The position numbers and the translations under genes are program-made. The notes beneath the pieces are model-generated. The model was not told the origin of the DNA, ran no database searches, and saw nothing but the letters and a program-made list of their open reading frames with translations. This document shows positions 1-8,100 of a stretch of 32,000 bases of DNA, in pieces. This stretch comes from Candidatus Baldrarchaeota archaeon (lineage in GTDB: Archaea; Asgardarchaeota; Baldrarchaeia; Baldrarchaeales; DXJG01), in contig DXJG01000009.1 of NCBI GenBank assembly GCA_019056805.1, positions 1 to 32,000 on the forward strand, written 5' to 3'. How positions within the stretch are numbered: the stretch's first letter is position 1; each line of letters starts with the position of its first letter.

Positions 1-2
1 AA

Positions 3-317
3 CCTAATGAATTAATTCTCGAAAACCTCAAAAAACTATCCCGAGAAACAGTTCCAATAATCATAAGAATCCCTTTAGTTCCTGGATACAATGATCAAGA
101 AGAAAATATCAAGTCCACCGCTAACTTCGTTAGAAAACTAGGCGATAACATTGTAAGAGTTGAAATATTACCCTATCATAGACTGGGAATCGCCAAATAT
201 AAACAACTGGGTAGAGAATATCAACTAAATGATGTAAAACCACTTTCTAAAGAACAATTACAAGATGTTGCAAACATAATAGAAGCGTACGATTTAGAAG
301 TTCAAATTGGAGGATAA
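3..317 (+). CDS. Glycyl-radical enzyme activating protein (PflA family radical SAM), C-terminal fragment; gene starts upstream of the window
   Basis: Manual translation of frame 3: PNELILENLKKL...IIIRIPLVPGYNDQEENI...VEILPYHRLGIAKYKQLGREY...GG*. IRIPLxPGxND and LPYHxLGxxKY are characteristic C-terminal PflA-family motifs. Absent from the ORF track. Confidence 0.85.
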   Translation, partial: PNELILENLKKLSRETVPIIIRIPLVPGYNDQEENIKSTANFVRKLGDNIVRVEILPYHRLGIAKYKQLGREYQLNDVKPLSKEQLQDVANIIEAYDLEVQIGG

Positions 318-731
318 CAATGCATGCATAATTTTAATTACTAAAACAATATTCTAGGGTTGTAGTGTTTCTTAATGTGTAATATGTGACGAATTTCTTA
401 GGGGTCGTATTATCGTTGTTGCAAGTTCAGACGATGAGATTATAGAAGATGTTCCTTTATTCGCAAATATATAGCTTCAAAAGTATATCTTATTACTGGA
501 TACAAAAATTTAGAATGTAATGACATTTGTACCTCACCATTTTTGGTTCTCCAAAAGTGTATGGAATTAGAATGTTAAGACAGATCGACTCGAAATACGA
601 GGAAAATCTTGCCAAAATTAATAATAGAACCTAAGAAAAATTTTAAGCAAAGAAAATAAAAATTTAATGAATTTAACTCCAATATTTTAAAAAGTATTAT
701 TTTATATAATATAATTCAAATTTTTACGATC

Positions 732-2030
732 TTATAGATGTATAAGGGTCTCTATTATTTTTAGAGCTGCCATTGAGGCATGCTCAATTGTTTCAGTAAT
801 GTTTTTTGGAGCCTGCGATGTTCCTGCTAAGAATACTCCTTTTATAGGAGTTTCCACGGTATTAAGTTTCATATTTTTCTCTTGGAAAAAGCCGTACTGA
901 CTTAAAGGTAAGTCAAGAACTTTTCGTACGGCTGTGCATGGTGTTATGGCTGTTTCTAATACAACAAGATCCGATATTACAGAGAGCAATTTATGTGTTG
1001 ATGGGTCAAAAATTTCTACATTCAATGATCCATTTGGCAACGGTCTGATCTCTGATGGTTGTCCATGTATAAGAGTAATACCGCTCCTTCTAACTTCTTG
1101 ATAGAATTCCTCAAGCCCTTTACCGACTGTTCGAATATCTATGTAACAAATATAAGCATCAACGTTATCACCGTACTGTTTCTTCAGAATATAAGCGTGT
1201 TTTAGAGCATTTGCACAGCCAATCCTACAGCAGTATGTGTGATATTTTTTATCTCTCGAGCCGACACATAGTAGAAAAACTACGCTTTTAGGCTCTTTTC
1301 CATCGCTTATCTTAACTATTTTTCCGTTTGTTGGGCCTTCTGGATGGGATAATCGTTCATATTCTAACCCTGTAATTACATTTTTGTAAGTACCGTAACC
1401 ATATTGAGCTATTTTTCTTGCATCAAAAAGATCAAAGCCTGTTGCAAGCACAATGATGTCCACTTTCAATTCTACATCAATGGAAGTTTGAGAGAAATCT
1501 ATTGCATTTTCAGGGCAAACTTCAACGCAAGCCTTACATTCATTACCTTTAAAGCGAAGACAGTAGTTCTCATCGATTAGATAAGTTTCTGGGAAAGCCT
1601 TAGGTGGCATATAGATAGCTTTTCGACGCGATAAGCCCATTTCATATTCTTTAGGTATTGAAACAGGGCAAACTTCAACGCATTTTCCACAGGCTACACA
1701 TTTCTTCTCATTAACATATCTGGGTTTTTTTACAATTTTTATTTTAAAGTTCCCAAAAGTTCCGTTTATCTCTTTTATTTCCGCGTTTGTTAAAAGTTGT
1801 ACATTAGAATAACTAGTAACTTCGGAAATTTTTTGTGACAATATTTCATTTGCATCAGTTAACGTTGGAAAAACGCTAGAAAGCAAGGAAACGTGGCCAC
1901 CCAAACTAGGAAGTCGTTCAACAAGATATACTTTTACCCCAAATCTTGCTAGGTCACTAGCTACTTGAAGACCCGCTATCCCACCACCAATCACTAAAAC
2001 TGATTTTTCGTCAAGTTTAAGAGATCTCAT
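732..2030 (-). CDS. hdrA: Heterodisulfide reductase subunit A-like flavoprotein, short form (FAD domain plus inserted 2x[4Fe-4S] ferredoxin; no N-terminal domain, no C-terminal ferredoxin)
   Basis: VLVIGGGIAG FAD motif, VERLPSLGG, KKPRYV, CVACGKCVEVCP and CKACVEVCP, IVLATG, LEYERL, GPTNG, CVGSRD..YCCRIGC, DIRTVGKGLEEFY, GVFLAG. ORF track start is 2099; ATG at 2030 preceded by GGGTGGT is the likelier start. Confidence 0.9.
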   Translation of the reverse strand: MRSLKLDEKSVLVIGGGIAGLQVASDLARFGVKVYLVERLPSLGGHVSLLSSVFPTLTDANEILSQKISEVTSYSNVQLLTNAEIKEINGTFGNFKIKIVKKPRYVNEKKCVACGKCVEVCPVSIPKEYEMGLSRRKAIYMPPKAFPETYLIDENYCLRFKGNECKACVEVCPENAIDFSQTSIDVELKVDIIVLATGFDLFDARKIAQYGYGTYKNVITGLEYERLSHPEGPTNGKIVKISDGKEPKSVVFLLCVGSRDKKYHTYCCRIGCANALKHAYILKKQYGDNVDAYICYIDIRTVGKGLEEFYQEVRRSGITLIHGQPSEIRPLPNGSLNVEIFDPSTHKLLSVISDLVVLETAITPCTAVRKVLDLPLSQYGFFQEKNMKLNTVETPIKGVFLAGTSQAPKNITETIEHASMAALKIIETLIHL

Positions 2031-2249
2031 AAGACCACCCGCGCTGTGTTTTCGAAAGTCATAATATAAGTTTTCAAATTTAAACCAAACCACTTTCATC
2101 GTAATTTCAAATGTTAATTAATTGTTGATCAAATAATGACGCCCTTCACATGCATATTACGAGGGATAAATATTTTATGTTGATTGTGTTTTAAATGTTG
2201 TTAACTCAAAAACATGGTTTCACTTTCGAAGGTATTAAAGGTGTTTAAA

Positions 2250-2762
2250 ATGACAATAGTGGACTTGATGTCTGAAGCGAAAATGAATGTTGAACTTCGA
2301 TCAAAAGCTATTAAAAAGGGGGAATATGAACTTTACAACTGTTTTCAGTGTATGCGCTGCACTAGTGGTTGTACTTCAATGAAGCTACTTGAACTTAAGC
2401 CTCATCAGATCGTAATTATGGTTAAACTAGGGCTCATAGACGAATTAATAACGTCAGGGATAATATGGACATGCGCAATGTGTCTAAAGTGTACGGAGAG
2501 ATGCCCTCAAGATGCTTCACCCAGTGAGCTCATAATAGCCTTAAGAAATTTAGCTTTCGACTTAGAAGCTAACGTACCAGAGGTTTACCTTAAGGTTGTC
2601 AGTGCTATTCTTGATACAGGGCTAATTCAAGAGGAACAAAAAGTTACTTCTAGAGATTTTGAAGTGTACGATAGAGAACAGTTAAATTTACCTAAAATAT
2701 CAAGACCTGGTGAAGTTTTTAAAAATAATTTACTAATGCTTTTGACTCCTGAGGAGGATTAG
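2250..2762 (+). CDS. hdrC: Heterodisulfide reductase subunit C (2x[4Fe-4S])
   Basis: CFQCMRCTSGCT and WTCAMCLKCTERCPQ motifs; 1 nt upstream of hdrB. ORF track start is 2214; ATG 2250 has AAGGTG upstream. Confidence 0.9.
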   Translation: MTIVDLMSEAKMNVELRSKAIKKGEYELYNCFQCMRCTSGCTSMKLLELKPHQIVIMVKLGLIDELITSGIIWTCAMCLKCTERCPQDASPSELIIALRNLAFDLEANVPEVYLKVVSAILDTGLIQEEQKVTSRDFEVYDREQLNLPKISRPGEVFKNNLLMLLTPEED

Positions 2763-2763
2763 A

Positions 2764-3636
2764 ATGGAAGTCGGAGTTTATTGGGGTTGTATGATCTTAA
2801 CTTCACAATATGCTTATGAGGTATCATTAAGAACCGTACTTCCTGAACTCGGTGTTTCAATAGTTGATATTGCAGAAGTTTCATGTTGCGGTACACCTAT
2901 TAAAAACGTCAATCAAAAGGCAGCCATTTATCTTGCTTTGAGAAATCTTGCTTTAGCAGAAAAAACAGGAGTAGAAGATCTACTCGTACCATGCAACGGA
3001 TGTTATCTCTCATTCTCAGAAGCAATTCACCACTGGACTAAAGATGATAATCTACGAACAGAGATCAATAATCTACTTATGGAAGAAGGCTTGAAATTTA
3101 ATGGCAACATTAAGCTTTGGCATACCATAGATTTTCTACATGATAAAATAGGCATAGAAAAAATCAAAACTGCTGTAAAAAAACTTCTAAACGATCTAAA
3201 ATTTGTAAGTCATCCAGGTTGTCATATACTGAGACCAAGCACCATTGTTAATGTTGATAATCCTGAAAAACCAGAGAAACTAGATAACTTGTTAAGAGTG
3301 CTTGGCGCCGAATGTGTTGATTATCCGGAGAAATTAGATTGCTGCGGAGCTGGATTACTCTTGTCACATTCAGAAACAGCTCTTACCATTGCTGGATTAA
3401 AGCTTAAAGCTATAAAAAACCTCGCTGTCGATGGACTAGTGGTATCATGTCCTTCTTGTAAAATTATGTTTGGCGCAAAACAAGAAGCTATAGGAACAAT
3501 TGTTGGAGAGAAATTCGAGATACCTGTCCTTTACTACACTCAACTACTAGGACTAGCCTTAGGATTAGAAGAAAAAAACTTAGGATTAGAGTTAAACCAG
3601 AGTCCTATTGAAAAAATCCTCGAAAAAATATCCTAA
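2764..3636 (+). CDS. hdrB: Heterodisulfide reductase subunit B (two CCG domains)
   Basis: YWGC...SCCG...VPCNGCY and HPGCH...DCCG...SCPSC CCG-domain cysteine sets; coupled to hdrC. Confidence 0.92.
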   Translation: MEVGVYWGCMILTSQYAYEVSLRTVLPELGVSIVDIAEVSCCGTPIKNVNQKAAIYLALRNLALAEKTGVEDLLVPCNGCYLSFSEAIHHWTKDDNLRTEINNLLMEEGLKFNGNIKLWHTIDFLHDKIGIEKIKTAVKKLLNDLKFVSHPGCHILRPSTIVNVDNPEKPEKLDNLLRVLGAECVDYPEKLDCCGAGLLLSHSETALTIAGLKLKAIKNLAVDGLVVSCPSCKIMFGAKQEAIGTIVGEKFEIPVLYYTQLLGLALGLEEKNLGLELNQSPIEKILEKIS

Positions 3637-3647
3637 AATGTTATCTC

Positions 3648-5027
3648 TTAAATTATTTCTCCTATAAGATAAGTTATTTTTGCATCAACCACTTTTATTT
3701 TAACAAAGGTACCTAGAATATTTCTTTCCGAGTATACTACTATTGGTTTATATGCAAAGTTCCTTGCAATAAAACCACCCTTTACTCCTTTCTCTGATAT
3801 TAATGCCTCTCCAACATGCCCTATCCATCTAAGATTTCTTTGTAAAGAGATTTTTCTAACAATTTTAGAAATTTTCCTACTTCTTTCTTTAATCCTCCAT
3901 CCTGGGAGAATCTCATTCATTTTTTCTACTTCAGTTCTAGGTCTAGCAGCAAATCTAGATACATTTGTTATGTCAGGTTGAATATCTTCCAATAATTTAA
4001 TAGTTTCTTGAAAATCTTCCTCTGTCTCTCCGGGAAATCCTACGATTACATCTGTTGATAGCGTAAGCTTTGGAAAAGAACTTCTTAAAACTTCAATGAG
4101 AGCTTTAAATTCTTCTACGGTGTAATTCCTATGCATTTTTTCTAAAATATTGTTACTACCTGATTGAACTGGAATGTGCAAAAATTTGTATATTTTAGGT
4201 GATTTAAACACTTTAATAAGTTCCTCAACAATTTGTGTTAAATAAGCTGGATTCATCATACCTACTCTAATCTTAAATTTAAAAGGTAGATTTTCTACTT
4301 CTTTAAGTAGTTCTGGAAGACTGTATCCTATGTCAATTCCATAAACTGCTGTATCTTGAGCCGTAAGCCAGATTTCTTTGCAACCTTCCTGTAATAATTG
4401 TCTAACTTTTTCTACTATTTCTTCGGGAGGATAACTTTTTAGACGCCCTCTAGCCAGTTTAACTGCACAATAACTACAGTTTCCAAGACATCCTTGAGAA
4501 ATTGGTACAATACCTATTGTTGGATGCGTTTTCACCGAAGGTAAAGTTAATCGTGGAAGAAAATCTTCATCTAAACTAACAATACCTCTTTGCCCGTTTA
4601 CTATTTGAAGAATTATTTCTGGAAGCTTTTCATAACTATCTGGTCCCAATATAGCTGCATAATCTGGCAAAACCTTTTTAATTTTCTCTAAACTTATTTT
4701 CGGCAGACATCCCGCAACGATTATTGGTTTTGAAAACTTTCTAAGCTCTTTCAATCTCTTCAATATTTTAGTTTCTGTTGGAAGCTTTACACCACATGTG
4801 TTAACAATTATGATATTTGCATCATCGATACTATCAGCTATCTCTACACCGTTTTTAACTAGTATTCCAAGTATAACTTCTGTATCTGCCTTATTAAGTG
4901 CACAACCATAAGTTTCCACATATATCCTTATGTTTGAATAATGATTATGCATTTCGAGTCTTTTTGCAACTATCATTTTATTCACATTACACGTTGTTGC
5001 TGTATAATAGAGATACTTCTTAATCAT
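3648..5027 (-). CDS. mtaB: tRNA t6A37 methylthiotransferase, archaeal MtaB/CDKAL1-type (MiaB-like)
   Basis: UPF0004 domain (ETYGCALN, NTCGVK, VAGCLP), radical SAM CLGNCSYC, HIPVQSGS, DVIVGFPGETEEDF, C-terminal TRAM-like ARNFAYKPIV. True start probably 4976 or 4952. Confidence 0.88.
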   Translation of the reverse strand: MIKKYLYYTATTCNVNKMIVAKRLEMHNHYSNIRIYVETYGCALNKADTEVILGILVKNGVEIADSIDDANIIIVNTCGVKLPTETKILKRLKELRKFSKPIIVAGCLPKISLEKIKKVLPDYAAILGPDSYEKLPEIILQIVNGQRGIVSLDEDFLPRLTLPSVKTHPTIGIVPISQGCLGNCSYCAVKLARGRLKSYPPEEIVEKVRQLLQEGCKEIWLTAQDTAVYGIDIGYSLPELLKEVENLPFKFKIRVGMMNPAYLTQIVEELIKVFKSPKIYKFLHIPVQSGSNNILEKMHRNYTVEEFKALIEVLRSSFPKLTLSTDVIVGFPGETEEDFQETIKLLEDIQPDITNVSRFAARPRTEVEKMNEILPGWRIKERSRKISKIVRKISLQRNLRWIGHVGEALISEKGVKGGFIARNFAYKPIVVYSERNILGTFVKIKVVDAKITYLIGEII

Positions 5028-5180
5028 TCATTTTACAGTAACTTACACTAAGGCAATCAACTTTTGTAGACTCTTAAAAATATTCCCTAAGTATTGTCGA
5101 AATTCTAAATTCGTGATAAATAGTTTTCTGAAAACTAATGTTTCCAATACCTAGTATCAAGTTGTTTCAATATATGTATC

Positions 5181-8100
5181 CTATATTTCCACAATCGACG
5201 AGTAACTTCTTAAAATTTCTAAACTTTTTCTAGGATAGATCAAGTTTTTCTCGTTTATTAATTGTTCGAGTGTTTTTATTTTTTCTTTAAATTCTATAGG
5301 ACTCATTTGCATAGTCAGATTACTGTTTCCACATTTTGGACATTTACCAGAAAGAGGTAGCCTACGAAAAGTAGTTCTACAGTTTGTACAAATAAATGAT
5401 TGAGTTAAAAATATCGAAAGGGACTTATGAATTTCAATGTCTAGAACATTTTCAAGAAGCTGTTTCGGATCTATTTCACTAAAACAATAGGTGCAAAATC
5501 GTTTTTCAAGATCCTTAAATTTTAAAGTTTTCCCACAATGAGGACAAACGATCTCTTCTATTATCGTCCTGGATACGGGTTTAATTTCGACAGGTTTCGT
5601 TTCTTTTTCCTCTTCATGGCTTACAAACTTAGTTAAGTCTCGTTGTTTCCCTATTGATAAAAGATCTTGCTTTGCGATTCCTAAGGGCTTAAGGATTCGT
5701 TCAATAGGTGGCAAAAGTTGTTTTTCAATATAATAGTTTGCATCTATTTCTAACTTGTTTTCTTGAACATATTTGGGGTCTTCTGCTCTCTCAGCAATAA
5801 GTCCTCGACCTTTTACAATGACAAAAGGTATTCTTTCACCTATGGTTGGTGCTGATCCAGGAGATCTTTTTGCAAGTTTTAAGGCGAGGTAAGCATGAGG
5901 TTGCTTTGCTTTATATTTTTTCGGGGGCTTTGAAAGTGTTCTAGTCATCACTAATCTTTCGATAGGTATTTGACCATGTTTAAGCTTTTGAAGAATGTCT
6001 CGGACATAATTAACTACGAGATTCACGTCTGGCTGTTTTAATAACATATTTATTACTTTTTCTACAACTTCGCCTACAAGATCGCACCATTCTCTCCTAA
6101 CAGTTTCTATACCTTTCGTATCTATTCTATCTTTCCATTCTCCGTTTTGAGTTTTTTCAAACATCCATCCTGCATATCTCTTTTTACTTAATAACAAGAA
6201 AGATTTGTATATTTTTTCGAATTCTAAAAGCATTGGCCGGGGAAGTAACTTCGATATTTCGTTTGATATTTTTTCTCCAAGCTTGGCTGCAGTTTCAAGA
6301 TTTGAAGTATCAAGTTTAATGAGCACACTATCTGTATCCCCATAAATAGTTTCAAGACCATATTTCTCTTCTATAATCCTTCTGGTAAATTCGATGGTAA
6401 ATCTTCCTAATGCTGTTATTGCGTTAGCTACGTCTAGTGAATAAACCCGTGCTCGGAGATAACCAGTATATCCATAGAAACTATTCATCATGATCTTTAA
6501 GGCTAATTGTCTTGCATCCAACTGTCGACGCTTTTCAGGGTCTTCTTCGGTTTTCATAGCCTTTTTTACTTTTACTCGAAGATTCATAAGATCTTTTAAA
6601 ATTTCTGGAAGTAATCCTTCTTTTATATCTTCTGTGACAAACTTCGCTCCAGTAGGAACTTCAACATATTTTTTAACATCTTTAACATCTTTTAGGAGGG
6701 TTGTAAAACATACATTATATGCCATTATTAATGAGGGATACAAACTATTATGTGATAGTATTCCATTAGCAAAATAATATGGTCTACCTTCCAAAGTTAA
6801 ATCATAAACGTAGCCTTCATAATACTCTAACTTTGTCACCGGCTTTTCTAGAATGTAGTTTTCTTTTGCACGCATCCTTCGCTCAGCAATAATCTTACGT
6901 AACAGTTCCCTTTTTTTCTCTGATATGAAATCAACATTTACTAAGAAATTAATTAGATCTTTTTTCCCGTGAATATTTAATGAATATCTTCCATTTTTTG
7001 AGGTACGTCTAACGCTTGGAGGGGTACCCTTCCACAGGTAATATTTAATACCCACCTTATCAAGTAGTTTGCAGATCAATTTTATCTTTTCTTCATTAAC
7101 TGTAGATTGATTAATCTGAATAGTTTTTCTTTCAAGGTTAATGCTTCCGTCTCCCTCGAAAAATCCCCTTAAAACGGCTTCTGGAATAGCTTTATTTTCT
7201 ATATTATTCAAAACGTCAACAACGTCTGTGTATATTTTCTTACGAGAAAATATGATATCATAACAGGAACCACCATCTTTACTTCTGATATATGGTTTAT
7301 AGTTCCATAGACGCTTGGAAATTTTCAATATTCGATCTAATACTTCTATTTCATGCGACGAAATAGATATTGTAATTCGATACTGCTTTGAAATACGATA
7401 ACTATTCCTTTCGCTAGACCAATATTTTGCGTCCCTTCTAAGTAGGTTTCCCTCCGCTAACACTATACCAGCAAATTCACTTAACAACCATAGGTTAGAA
7501 TCTTCATCTCTACATTTATATTGTATTGGATTACGAATGATAAAACCAGATTTCACTACACCGTTAGCTAGTGTTTCAGCCAACCTATCTTTTAGATATC
7601 CCCACTTATAATAAATAGGAAGTTTGTGTCTTGGAGTGCAAAGTAGACCATTCACATTAATAAGATAGCCTTTATACGGATACACATGTACTTTCCTTAC
7701 TTTGTGCCAGCCATCTATTCCTAAAACATAGTCGCCTTCCTTCACTTCGGAAATATCAACTTCCCCTTTCCCTTTCACGACTACTCTCGTACCCTTTGGA
7801 TGACATCTAAAATCTAGAACTAAAACCATGTTGTTTTTATGATAAAGACCTACCTTTGGATCGAGAACGATAGCACCCTTTAAACCATGTTTCTCTCTTT
7901 CTTTATTTCGTTTTTTAATTTCTTCTTGTGAAGGTTTACATGGAATTATAAGGTTTCTTTTCTTACCATAGCGTAAAAGTAATCCTTCGACTCTAGTAGA
8001 TTGACCACCTGATACTACATCTTGCAGAAGTAAACCACTTACCTTTGAAAGTTCAAAATACTTGTCAAGTAAACGTTTTTCCAGCAAAATTTTAAGAGGA

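Noticed and set aside
320-329. Palindrome ATGCATGCAT just after the activase stop
   Set aside because: Low-complexity tetranucleotide repeat with no stem extension or T tract.
318-731. Open stretches in the gap after the activase (CDEFLRGRIIVVASSDDEIIEDVPLFANI; MLRQIDSKYEENLAKINNRT)
   Set aside because: Too short, no RBS, and only a vague nucleotidyltransferase-like look; a pseudogene cannot be supported without a tBLASTn search.
2031-2213. Selenocysteine readthrough or frameshift restoring the HdrA N-terminal domain
   Set aside because: The upstream in-frame stop is TAA (2120-2118), there is no in-frame TGA, and there is no room before hdrC.
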